A stretch of 64,000 nt of DNA, taken from assembly GCA_030141605.1 (NCBI GenBank), contig JAQGDQ010000105.1, forward strand, positions 1-64,000, written 5' to 3'. Position numbers and translations under genes: made by a program. Source of the DNA: Tubiluchus corallicola. Its lineage: Eukaryota > Animalia > Priapulida. Below, piece after piece: positions 23,638-37,300 of this stretch (positions within the stretch are counted from its first letter, which is position 1; each line of letters begins with the position of its first letter). A model generated the notes under the pieces. It had not been told where the DNA came from. It searched no databases and saw only the letters and a list, made by a program, of their open reading frames with translations.

Positions 23638-25835
23638 AACTAGTTGACAATGTTTCTGACGAGGTCAGAAACTGAAAATTTTGCAAACAATAGTTATAAC
23701 GTTCAGCTTTAAAAATGAGGAGATACTGCCTTTTTTGAAAGTGCTTATTTTTCTCATTGAGTTGCTTGAATACATGGAAAGTGCATTTCATAATGAAACC
23801 TCAGCATTTAACTGTTAAGCCCATCACCCACGGGTCAAAGGTCAACAACCTTGGCATAATTTATATCACCCAGTTTGTCTCAATGAGACCTTTCATTTGA
23901 TATACAACAACCTACTTTTGGTAGATCCTGGAGGCCATTTGTCTCCTCGACCCATATTTTGCCCCTAACTGGGTCGCAGGTTAACGATTTACACTGTAAC
24001 TTATATCATTTGATTCACCTCATCAAGACCTTTCATTTGGCATGCTACATGGTACTATTAGTAGACACTCGATGCATTTCTGTTCCCGGCACTCATTTTT
24101 GTGGTTTTTGCCCTCTAGCGGGATCGCGGATTAGCTATTTTCGTTACAGCATATGCCATTTGATCTGCCTCCTCGAGACCTTTCATTTGTTATGCGACAA
24201 GGTATCATTGCTCAACACTCAGTGCACTTCAGTTCCCGACCCCTATTTTTCAGTTTTTGCCCCTTAGCGGGGTCGCGGGTTAGCTATTCTCATTGTAACC
24301 TATGCCGTTCGACCCTCTCATCACGACCTGCCATTTGATGTGCTACAAGGTAATATTCCAAGACACTTGATGCATTTCTACTCTCAACCCCCATTTTTCA
24401 GTTGCCTCCTAGCGGAAAATTTTTCCCCCACCAAATGACCAATATTCTGCCATATCCAAAAACCTGGCCCCACCTAACCACATACGAAATATTGTCGCCC
24501 CAGCTCAAAAACTATGGACACAGATGGATCCTAAAGAAAAATAAATGAAGACCCGCCCGCTCCGTGACTTTTGACCCGGCAACTCGGGTCACATATATAC
24601 ACAGATAACTTTGCCCAAAGTGTACCATGTGAGTTTTGTCTCCCTAGCTCTCAGCAAATAAAAGGCCACCAATTGGGGGACCCCAAATTTGTATTTTGGC
24701 CCCTCGCTCGAGTGTTTAAAATTTGCCAGCTTTTTAAAACCCCAGGTGCACATCTACTCCACAGTACCGAAATACTTGTGAAAAAAAAATTGGAAAAATC
24801 GAAAGGCCTAGGAGAAGATACGATCTAAAGAAAAAAACTGACAGGAAGCCCACTGCCCTTTCCCCCTTGACCAATGGTCACTGGTTGCCACACTGCTGTA
24901 CGTACCCGCCCAGGGTTACCAACCCTGTGCGTTTGGTGACGCTAACTTGCAAGGCTTATTAAGGATTAAAATTGCGAGGAATAAATAAAAATAAACTAGT
25001 TGACAATGTTTCTGACGTGTACAGAAACTGAAGATTTTGCAAACAATAGTTATGATATTGAGCCTTAAAAATGAAGAGATGACAGCCTTTGCTTGAAAGT
25101 TATTATTTCCACCCTGCTTGAATACATAGGAAGTGCATTTCTCAATGAAACCTCAACATGTAACTGTTTAGACTCTCACCCATGGGTCAAAGGTCAGCCA
25201 ATCTTAGCGTAACTTATATCATTCAGTTAGTCTCACTGAGACCTCTCATTTACTTTTTACAACAAGTTACTTTTGGTAGACCCTGTAAGGCATTTGTCCT
25301 CGACCCCAATTTTGCCCCTAACTAGTTCACAGGTTAACAATTCACACTGTAACCTATACCGTTCGATTCGCTTTATCAAGACATTTCATTTGATGTGCTA
25401 CTTGGTACTATTTGTGGACACTCGATGTATTTCTGTTTCCGACCCCCATTTTTCGGTTTTTGCCCCCTACTGGGGTCAAAGATCAACCAGTCTCGGCATA
25501 ACTTATACCATTCGGTTTGATTCGACATAACTTATACCATCCTCGACCCCCATTTTGCCCCCTAGCGGGGTCGCAGATTAACTATTCTCATTGTAACTTA
25601 TGCTATTTGATCCGCCTCATCGAGGCCTTTCATTTGATATGCTACAATGGCCACTCGTCACCACACTGTTGTACGTCCCCAACCCAGGGCTACCAACGCT
25701 CCGAGTTTGGTGACCCTAGCTTTCAAGGTTTAGGAGTTATTAAGCGTTAAAGTTGTGGAGAATAAATAAGAATAAATAAATAAATAAGAATAACACAATG
25801 AAAAACAGTAAAATTTTGCTATTGCAAAATCTTAA
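23638..25835 (+). mobile_element. Two head-to-tail copies of a non-autonomous Helitron/Helentron-like element with internal approximately 149-bp tandem units
   Basis: Both copies start aactagttgacaatgtttctgac...agaaactgaa.attttgcaaacaatagtt (23638 and 24994) with a subterminal hairpin. The internal unit ttttgcccc...gggtcgc.g.tt...cattgtaacttat...ctttcatttg recurs near 23957, 24106, 24255, 25310, 25458. Both have AATA-rich tails; copy 2 ends in the stem-loop aaaattttgc-tatt-gcaaaatctt. The repeat is certain; the class is inferred. Confidence 0.65.
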
Positions 25836-26194
25836 CAAGCAGTATAATACACAATATATAAAATGATTAAATTCATATGGCGTTCCATACTGCAAAATTT
25901 GTGTTAATGTGCACGTGTTGTACCTCATAAATTTAACGGAGATTTCTTATCAACATAAGTTGCGGAGAAATCAGGGGTCGTGTATGCAAATATCCAAAAA
26001 TCAGACAGCTATAGTCGATGAAGACAGAAAAATGATTATTAGTAGTGAACGTTTTTGAGTCGTCGAAAATAGTGGTAAGATTCTGCTTCTGTCACGGGAG
26101 ACTGGATTTTAGGCCGTCAGCTTTTGTTTCGTGTTTACAAATAAAATATGTTTTCAAAATAATTGACAATATTTACGTACATAGTTTTAATTAT

Positions 26195-26520
26195 ATCAAG
26201 CTTGTCACTTTTTGATCCGTCATCCCTCAGTCAAGGGTCAACTGCCTGCTTGTCAGTGTACACCACTGAATTTGTCTCATTTGGTCCTTGCATTTAGTAT
26301 GCCACAAGATACTAAAACTGGAGTTTGCTAGGTTTAACCTGTAACCCAGGGGTCAGAGATGGGTGTGACGCATACCACTCAGTTTGCCTCATCGAGTTCT
26401 TTCATTTCAAAATGTACAAGCTACTGCTACTTGACATTGGCAGCATTAACTTATTCAATCCCAAATCTTGGTTCGCATTTCTTAACCGGGTTAGTGCACA
26501 GTTAACCGGGACCCTCTGAG
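26195..26520 (+). repeat. Diverged fragment related to the 23638-25835 repeat family
   Basis: Shares motifs such as gggtcaa, ggggtcaga and cagtttgcctcatcgag.tctttcattt with the 149-bp unit. Confidence 0.4.
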
Positions 26521-28301
26521 TACTGAACGTGTTTTTGCACAGCACCATTCTTTCGCACACTAAAACACGCAAAAATGTGCCCTGCGTCATCCTTTTCTGT
26601 AACTTCGAAACTCCAGGCCTTTCTGCTAACCCAGAATGTGTTAGTTCTTTTTTAGTTCCTTGCTCTTTACTGCGGATTTCACAGAGCTTTGAACCACAGT
26701 TGCCAGAGGCCCAGCATCATGTTTTCCAGCTTATACATCTGGGGCCAATGTCCAAACTTGCTTTAAATTCGTTCAACCGTGAGCTTAGCTCATAAACTGT
26801 ATTTCCAAATTCAGTATTTTAAAGTACAACTCGCCGCTTTTTTGTGTTGTTGGTCAGGTGATCCGAAAAAGTCTGTTTTACGCTGTTTCATGGCCAACAC
26901 AAGTCTGACAGAAAAACATGCGCGAGCAGTTGCTATGTTCACTAGTAGATTCGTAAAACGTTTATATGTTGACTTTTGACAGACTCTGGACGTTTTTCAA
27001 CGCACAATTGACACAGACCCGGTAGTATTCACAATTCTTACAGCACATTCAAAGTCGCTTTGCATCCTTGACATTTATCTACATTTGTTACGGCGCTTGA
27101 TATAAATACTGGAGAAGAATGAGATCTTAGATTTCCATGCACTTGTGAAAGCGAGCTGCTGCTATTTGCAATACTATTATTTAATGCTTCACTCATGAGG
27201 AAAGTAGAGGTAGAAAAGAGTTGATATACGTATTATTGCTAGAGTTGATATATTATATACTAGCTCTTGTCAATGGTATAATGACTATTTTGTATCAGCT
27301 CTAGTTAGAGAGTATGGGCATAATTATTGAAAAAGCATTCGACGTGTGCAGAGCAATCCTGTTTTGGCAGATCGGGTGTTATTTCTATGAATGTCCAGCT
27401 GCATATGTATTGAAGTTCTTGGAAAGCAGATGGTACCATATGAAGGTCTGTGTCGAGACGAGTTACAATGGCGTTGGGAACTACAAAACAAAATACAAAT
27501 ATCAGAATGGATAAAAATGAATGGAAATTCATGTAATCAAAAACATTTTTCAAACCTTCATATCCAAGAACACGAAGGTAAAATCAAGGTACAAGAAGAT
27601 AGACGAACTGACTCACTGGAGATTTAGGGGATTCAAATGATTAGTACATCTGAAATTTCATTTCAGTCTAACTATTAATGTAACAACAATACTAGTTTTT
27701 GGGCATTGTGAGCATTTGCAGACAGGGGTCTTTCTTTTTGGAACCTGATACCGTCATTAGTTACGCTGTTACAGTAAAAGTTACCAAATGGTTTCTAGTG
27801 TGACATTATACTTGTGAAAGAGGAAGATCTCGTACTAGTAAACTTTGAGTCGTACGTGATAGTCTCAAGGCTTTAATCGCCAAATGACACGTTCGGAATG
27901 TAACGGAGCTATCATTTATTTGCTATTCAATAATGCAAATTTTAGCATTCACGATGGGGCGTATTCCAGACGTATTTGCAGATCAGACAGATATTTTATG
28001 CGTATTTAAGTAACTCCATCAAGCATATTTTAATCGGTATCGAGTTACAAAATGGTAACATTTGTCTCTGCACACTGAACTGGAGACTAAAATTGTACTA
28101 AATTTCCTCTTTCTGAAATCCCACACATTGGATCAGTAGGGTCCCTGACATATAGTTTTAGTTTACTTGCTTTTAGGACAAACATATAGCAAAATGTAAA
28201 TAATATGTAGGTATAAACGGGACCAGCTAACATGTGTCGCGAGACAAGGTCTGGTAACTTTAGAAACTACTACACTCTTTCTTTCAGGACAGCATATCAA
28301 G

Positions 28302-31300
28302 ATGAATATTCGAAGGTACGTAGTTGTTTACCTAAATTTATTTAGCAAACAACTTGTTTATCATTTGGGTTGCAATAACACGAGAAATTTCACACGTTCT
28401 TGTCACATATTACTTAGAGTGCATGATAAAAATTATTGGAGTTTTACTACGCCTTTGATCTCGTTTGCATATAATTACAGATTTATTTTACCTTGATGAC
28501 TAAAAATGAAATGCAGTGCCCATAACTAACTATTATGTCAATGTTTCCACTAAAGCAGTAAAACTTTTGTTAGACTGATAGTTATTTAGAGCTATAATGC
28601 TACAAATAAATGAAAATTAAATTTACAGGACTACTGATCTAATGACTAGTTACGTACGATTTTTGCGATATAGCAGTTTGGCTTTTAGTTGTACGGTATA
28701 TGGTTTCCTATGGGTGCTCCTGGATGTTTACTATTTGTAGAGATGTCTGCGTAGTGCGTTATGTGCATCTATTTTGCATTGCTTTTCGAATGCTGCGTAA
28801 GTATCTAATGGCACATTCAGACGTAGAGACTTCTCTCGCAACTTGTTGAGCAACTTCTCTCTGAGAGCAAACTTGCAACGTGTGAACGTTTGGCAACTTC
28901 TCTCGCAATTTGTTGCGCAACTTCTCTGTGAGAGTAAAGTTACAACGTGTGAACGGCTTGGCAACTTCTCTCCGCAACTTATTGAGCAAGTTAACTCTGA
29001 TAAACTTTCGCTGGTTTTTCTATAAGTTGCGGGGAAAGTTGCCAAACCGTTCACACGTGCGACTTTACTCTCAGAGAGAAGCGCTCAACAAATTGCAAGA
29101 AAAATCTCTACATCTGAACGCGCCATAATGAATAACAAAGGGCCAAAGATGTTAGTGCAAAAGATATAGGGCCCACAGGAACTCCCCATTCTGAACATAT
29201 TATGTCAGATTGTTGGGCTTTGCTCTTTCTTTTCGATTTAATACGTTATCTTTTACTATGTTAATTGAGTAGTTATGAAATCATGTTGTCCTGAGTTTTT
29301 GCATAAGGTGACATGAAATGTTTTATCACTGCATTTAACTGACTTTATTAATGTCTCAGTTTAGCACTCCTTTGACTGCGAAAAACTAACTACATAATCA
29401 TTTCGGCTGTTTAGGCTCATTTAAAGGTCGACATAATATTACTTGCATTCGTTTCCTCATTTGAATATTCGCCACTCATGTTCACTAGCTCATGAGTACC
29501 CCGTGTAATACACTTAAGTGTAATAATAAACAATGAAAATAATTTCAGTTGGCACCATTTTATATAGCACTCGTCTAAGATGGCAATGGAATCGCAGCAT
29601 TATAACGCTTTTCGGTTTTTATTTGCTTAGGAAATAATCCCAAGTTTTCACGCGATCTGCAATGTCATCTACTAAAATAATTTTTGGAATAATAAATACG
29701 TAGTATAGATTACCTTTATGCGTGCATCTAGTCTCTGTGTTTTAAGAGGTTTGCTTATCTTTCGACTGGAATTTACCTTTTGACTTAACAGGGTGCTCTT
29801 TTTTGTCATCCTGGGGTGTTCCGTTTTTGGCATCATCAACGCCAAGCGAAAGAAAGAGGAAATAGAAAGGATAGAACAGCAAGCCAGAGTTAACGTCGCC
29901 CATCGTACTTCGCAACGCCACTTTACAAGTAGCAAACGAACAGGTTTGTACGAATCTAATACAGTAATTCTAATTCTACAGTAACAGGAAGTCAAGGGAC
30001 CATAAACACTAGTGCTCCATTTGAATCGGAAATTCAGAACAGCATAAAAAAAATTATGGAACACAACATGCTCTCACTATTAACAATGTAATTTAGCAAT
30101 AAAATACAGCCCTTCCTCACTACTCGCGAACTGTGGTGGACTTTCCTCACAAAAGTAAGGTATCCGACTTGCCACTGGATTAGTTTCTGATCGAAACTAT
30201 TTCCACTGAAAGTTTTGGACTTGACAGATTTGACACAGAGCATTTTTTACAAGGCTGTATATCAGACAAAATAAGACCAGGACACTTTCATGAACTCGAA
30301 GTAAGATTAGAATGTGTAGTGAAGACATTTAACTGCAAATGCTTGTGCTGATGTTGGAAATGCATGTGTTATTTCCAGAGTGACAAAATCAATTCGCAAA
30401 ATCAGTTGCAAAATTATTAGAAGAGTGCTTTGAAAAAAGTGGCGAAAATAGGAACGCCTACTAGTACAGTAGTTCTTTTCAATTTCGTCTAACTTTACCA
30501 ACAGAATTGCCAAAGCTTCTAGTTCATCTGTACAAATTTTCAAACATTTTGCTTTGTTTGCTAGAAAAACAAAAAAAATACAGTTAATACTGACTTATGA
30601 AGCACCCTTAAGTTACAAAATCGGATAAAATACAATAAATAGTATTGACCAGTTGGTGTATATTACATAATAATGCATCATTAACGTCCGGTTGCGGAAC
30701 GCGCGAAAGAGCTATGGATCATTCATTGCCGCAAAAAACGATACATTATAATGATTTTAGAGCATGAAACAACTGTTGTAAGTTCAGAAAATTCTGGACC
30801 TATATGCTGTCGCCAGATTTGGATGCAGATTAGGATTAAGTCGAGCGCTTGTGTATATGCCGTTAGGCGCATTTCAATTTTTATTATAACTGAAAAAGGA
30901 CCTTAAATGACATTAACAAAATTGTGAAAGTTAAATAAATTGTGCCCTCCGAGTATAACTGCACAAACTCTTTATATATAGCTATCCTTTGGCGATAAAT
31001 TAACAATTTAATTCTTATGGTAGGAAATATCTTGGAATGTCCAATGGCGAGAAAGTCGAAAAAATTTCACAAAGCCAGTGATAAATCAAAGGGAAGATCA
31101 ATCCTTGCTGAAATAGCCCTGGAGACCACAAGAATACTTATCTCACAGTGAGAATATTTATTGCACTCTAAATAAACAGCTCATAGCACAGACAATGTGT
31201 TTTTAGATAGAGGCTAGGTACTTCTAATTTAAAAGGCATGTGGAAAATATATATTTTACCTGAAAATTTTCGTGAAAAGTTTCGTGAAAATTTGTTAATT

Positions 31301-34300
31301 TAAATTTTAATGGTCGTAGTGCTTTTGAACAAGGTATCCTTGATTACAGCAATAGGAAACAGAGCTCAACGGGCTGAAGTTGCTCGGACATGATAGCTCA
31401 TGGGAATTCGAGTCCCTTTGGCTTGTTATTGGCTACGTTGGCTTCTAAAATAATGATTTTTCAGAAGTGTTGTTGGTAACTTCATTTTGGACTGCTATCA
31501 ATTGGAAAATTCTGTCGTAGAAATTTTTTTCACTATGGCTGTCGTGAAAACTCTAAGCCTAAACAAACTGTAGTTGATGTAGTAGTTTTTCAATAAGCTA
31601 AACTTTTGTAAAGTACGAAGTAAACCAAATCTGAGAAAGAAAACAAAATTCATAGCCTGTGCTCAACGCTTTGAAGCTTAATTTGCAAAAAATTCTCCCA
31701 CTTTATTCGCGATTTGCTCCTCGAAAACGTTTTTCTCGCAAACTAATTGATTCTTTTTTCAGAGGAACAGAGGACGCATTTGGTATTAGTCTCAAAGCCA
31801 CCGTAGATTGTAACCCTAGCTTAGATTGTACTGAAGCAGCAACTAGCCGGTACAGGTAAAAAAAACACCACTGAATTGAAATCATACGTTAGCTTAATTT
31901 TACACGCTTGGATTTGAAAAGTTATTTCCCTGACGTTGGAACTTTTCATCTGTACTATATTTTAACTGATAATTGCTAATGAATGTAAACTTCACCGTAA
32001 TAAAAATTTTCTATCAAATTAATATAGAACATACGATGGATCATGTAACAATATCAATAATCCGACTTGGGGACAAGCTGTGATGGCTTACCGCAGGCAA
32101 GTTGAGGCAGACTACTGTGATGGAAGTAAGTTGTAAACTGTATAATTATGGGCCTAAGTACATATGCCAACCTAGTCTATGCTAGACAACAACGACGATA
32201 ACGACACCAACACAACAGCAACGACAATAACAAGAACAACAATATTAAATCCTTTAAATGCTTCACGGTACATTATCAGCTTACTTTACTGTAGGAAAAT
32301 GCTTTTGCACAGGCTTGCCCCAATCGAAGTTTTAACAAATATCTTTCTATTTTCATTAAAGTAAGTGAACCGCGTTGTAGAAAACTGAGCGATGGCAATA
32401 GCGAAGCTCTTCCGAATGCTCGCAAGATATCTGTTACATACCATGGCCTCGATGTAACATTCACTGAAGATGACTCCCTGTTTTTGATGCAGTGGGGACA
32501 GTTTTTGGACCACGATATCACCCACACACCAACTTATGACGATCCAGGTCGTACGTATAACTTTTTAACATTTAACAAATTTATGCAATAATTATAATGG
32601 ATTTGTATAAAATAATGTATGCAAGTAATCAAATTTTAGGAATTTATCAAAACAGTAATATTCCCCGAGAATTTCACACTTCCGTTAACAAAATTGCAAT
32701 TTATTTGTTGTGTTACAGTATACGTGGTCAGGGCCGGTGCTACCATTGAGCAAATTAGGCAGCCGCTTAGGGCGTTGACCTCAGTGGGGCGCAAAACGGA
32801 ATCTTAAAAATACAAATTGTTGAACTAGTGAACTATTGTCATTGTTATAATCGTTTTGGTAATTAGTATTCTTGGGCATGTACATTTTATTGTATGCTAT
32901 AATTTTATTTGTATTTTAAATACTTATATTTTAATTCACTATATTACACTCGTAGTTCTCGCACATTTCTTGCACTTGCCATCTAGCAGTGTAAGTCTTT
33001 TACTATAGGCACGGTTAATGATATGACACATTGTACGATATTTATAAATCCATTCTCGTATTTTTCTTTTTATTTTTTAAGTTTTATATTTTTATTTATT
33101 CTTTGTTTTTAATACAAAAACGTTATATTATATGGTATTTGACAAAAAATGTTGGATTTTGCAGTTGCATGCTGTCCACTCGACGAGACTGGAATGCAGC
33201 CCAGTGACAAATGTTATTCAATTGATGTAGATGAGAACGATCCTTTCTACGGTGGTAAACCAGATTTTGAATGTATCCCAATAGTTCGTTCAATGCCCGG
33301 ACAGTGTGAAACAGGTAACAGAAGCATGTTAAATTTTGTCCCGCTTTGGCAATTAAAACGTGTAATAGTAAGAAACGCTAAAAAATTTAGTTTTAAATTA
33401 TTTTGTAATCGTTTGACGTTTTACTAGGCAGCCAAAGCAATTTTTTGAAGCAGCATTTGATTCGCAAAACTGTTTTGCGTTTTTATTTCTTCTTTTGAAA
33501 TTTTCCTGCGTTAGTCTTAAGGCTACACCAAAACGTCTTGAAAACATTTATTTTGCTTTAGGTCCCCGGGAGCAACTAAATCAAATCACTGCATACATAG
33601 ATGGTTCTGTTGTGTATGGATCAGACCTGGACACTGCAAACCGACTGCGTGAACATAATGCTGGTGAGATATTACTGAGGAACTGATGAAGCTAATTTCA
33701 TTCTGTGGAAACTTTATTTAATGTGGATTAGCTAAAGAGTTACGCAACTGAAAAATAATATTTCCACTATGTTAGCCTGTACTTAAAATGTGCACTGGAA
33801 ATTGACAAAATATAAAAGGCTGTTTAAATGAACTGGCAGTTATCAATGCCTCGCTGACTAGATAATGAGTAAGAAAGCCAGAATTAATAAATCATAGTTG
33901 TTTATACTCAGCAACAATTAAGTTAGAGGCTAGTGAATCGATGAAAAATGGAGACGCTGAAAATGTATGAGTCAGTTGGGCTTCAACAAGAAGCACCGAG
34001 ATTAGAACGCTTTGGGTTAATTTTTGTTGGTCAGTAATAGCCAGGTTAATAAGTACTAGAATAGGTTTTATAGGATATAGAATCTTGGTAACTGCTGTTG
34101 GGTATTTGGTGTTCACAGTCAAGTTGAACTTTTTAATATTGGTAGCTTATTAAATCACAAAGTGAAACCACTTTTGAAGCCAAGCACTACGTTTCAAAAA
34201 TAATGAATCAGGTATAATCAGCAGGTTCCATCACAAAACTACATATGTGCTTTAAAAAAATTTGTTGCAATTATCAAGGGCTAATGAAGACAAGTGAAAT

Positions 34301-37300
34301 TGCTGGAGGGCGGCCAGTTTTACCTAAAAGCGAAATTGATGGTAGTTGCCAAGATGCTAATGGCATTGCTATTGCGTGTTATGACGGAGGTAAGAAACGT
34401 GTTAAAGTGAAGCCTGTTATAAAATTTATATCAAATTCGCCTTTCGTGTAAGTGAATTTATACAAGGTTGTGCAATTCGTTATTATAGTACAATAAGTTA
34501 CTCGCATGATGTGCACTGCAAATGTTTTTTAACAATATATCAGCTTATGTAAAATTTTTTATAAGCCTCTGAATGGTAACATTCCACCGCCGATGAAAGC
34601 TTATAATTGCAGAATAAATGTAAAACTATGTTTAAAGAAAAATTATAACAGATTGCAAAATAGCTGGGAAGTACAGGGTTGCCATGGATATTATATTTTT
34701 CATCAATATACATATCCACTTCCATAGATTTTACGGTGATAATATCCATTCATATCCATGCATGCAATACATATACATGTATATTACAGGCAAAGTATGA
34801 AACCAGACATTATACAGAATGCGGAGTGCCAAAACAAACTAGGCAAAGTGTCTAGAATAATTTTTCTACAAGTTTGCTAAGCATTATAACGCAATTTTTT
34901 AAAGCAAACTAATTTTTAGATTTTGGGTGTTTTTTTAGCTAATATAGAAATAAAACAGATAGTCAATTGATTTGCTGTAATTTTCCTAGGCATTTTATAT
35001 AATTTCATTAAAATTTAGGAAGAATGTTTGAAAAAGTCGTGTTTCGGTGTGCTTGCAAGTTTAAAGGGTACATATGTTCGTTCGTTCACTGATCTTTTCA
35101 CGTGTCAGCGAATTTAGGTTTCTCCCGATGTCGCTCCTTCTCTGTGGTGGCGACGTTGATGACGTAAGAAAACAATTCTTGCTTGAAATATTCAGCGACA
35201 CAGACGGCGTTCGAGAGTTGGGAAAGAGTACAATTGAGCTTGTCGCGTGGTCATTTTGCCCTGCTGCTTATTTTTCTTCTCTCTTCCTCCTTTGCCTTCG
35301 AAAGGCTGGGTTATATTGTGGATGGTCCTATGCCTGATGGAATCCCGCATAGCCGTTGGGCTTCATTTTCGAATGTTTCAAATTTGATTCCTGCTTGCTT
35401 TGCTTGAACGTTGGTATTAATCGGTCTTTGTTTTTGTGGTCTTTTGCCAGTTACGAGTATACTAAAGAGAATTTGGTGATGAAACTTGGTCTTGTTCATT
35501 TGATGCATTGTTGTTGATGTAGTAGTCGCATTTGATATACATGAGAAAGCAAAGTTTTTGCTAATGGAAATGTTGAGCTTCCAGATGTTACGATAACAGA
35601 GGGTCCAAGTTTTGCAGCCATATAGCAAGATTGAGATGACAACAGCTTCATCATTTCGCAAGTTTCTCAAAAGTCACGCGAGCTGTTTGTTACGCCGTGT
35701 CTTTCTTGGAAGTCAGTTTAACAATTAACTCCGCCCGCTTACTTGAATTACTTACTTAATTAAGTACATCTTCTATACATTCTATGCAATACTCAGGTAA
35801 TGTACAAAATATCTCCGAAAAATTTGGTTCAACATGAATTATGTTCATTTTCCAAAATCTTTTTACGCATTCTAGGAATATCCTAGTTATTGCGCATTTA
35901 TTTTTCACTTTTCTTGAAATACCTAGGTATTTTATAAAGTGTCTAAATTTTGCACATTGCCTGTAAGTTATATACTGCCTATCCTGTAAACATATGTCTT
36001 ATGAACATATGTCAAACACAACTGGTTTCTACCTTCTACTAATATTAAAATATACGAAATTAAACCAAAAACTTTTTTAATGAAATGCACTTTCGTTATT
36101 TTTCTAGACTATAGAGAAATATATATAAATGTCATCATTGCGTACATTGTTGCGCCGCCATTTCACAAAAACCAATAAAACGCACGCAAGTATGGACGTC
36201 CCACAATTTTTTCCTTGAAATGCAGCAAAATTACTGTCGGCTTCTCCAGGACATAATTGAAAACGGATGTGTTTAATCGTTTCAATATATGCTCAATAGA
36301 TTTCTGGATGGTCGCTTTCTTTACAGGAGACGAAAGAGCCAATGAGCAGCTTGGCTTGCAAGTCCTCCAAGTTCTTTTCCTCAGAGAACACAATCGCATT
36401 GCAGCAGCCATTGGTGAAGAAAAACCTGAATGGGAGGATGAAAAGATTTTCCAAGAAGCAAGAAGAATTCTTGGCGCAGAACTACAGGTGCGCTTACTAC
36501 TTTAGTGCAACACGCATAAAACTGGGCATACCTAATTTCCTATGTATATACATGTATATATACACCCGCTTCATAAATAACACAATACATAATAAGGTTT
36601 ATTAAGTTTTTATTAGAAACATTAGATTTTTCTAATAAAAATTAAATAAATTTTTTGATACATTGGGTTGTTTATGAAACAGCTATTGTTCTTACTATAA
36701 AAAATTTGAAAACTTTCGCACAAATATAAAATTGTACAAAATTATATAGAAAAAATTACATAGAATACTAAAGTTCCTTTTGGAAAATATTGTATTATAG
36801 GTTATTACGCAGCAAGAATTTTTGCCTGGAATTTTTTCACGCGAAGACATAAAGAGATTTCATTTAGATTCAGCAAGCTATCTCGGATACAGTGCCACTA
36901 CTGATGCTACCATAGACAATTCTTTCTCCACTGCAGCTTATAGGTAACCGTGAAAAACCAAACACAAGATGTGCAATGCACGGGTGCTTATTTTCAAATT
37001 GTTATTAACGCATTTAGTGTGATTTGGTTTACGGAATCAAATTTTGATAAAATGCTTGATAAGTACTGTTTGTTAATATTAGAAAGAGACATGCATTTAA
37101 ATTATTTTAGGCAACATGATGTGGCAACACCCTTACTACATGCGTCGGTTTGGCGACGAAGACAAAACTGTTTCAGTTATCATATGGGATATTTTCTAAA
37201 ACCTGCAGCCTATAGAACTCTGATATCATCTAATATCTTATTTAATAATAGATGAACAATTGTGTGACCTCATACTCACAATTTTTAGATTTGGACACTC

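Noticed and set aside
23959-25750. Cys/His-rich ORFs between the peroxidases
   Set aside because: They lie within the 149-bp tandem units and their frames are not conserved between units.
27305-27640. Overlapping short ORFs upstream of peroxidase 2
   Set aside because: No recognisable motif or consistent splice sites; possibly a decayed transposon but unsupported.
28731-29128. Four overlapping ORFs on both strands
   Set aside because: A by-product of the palindromic MITE; no transposase motifs.
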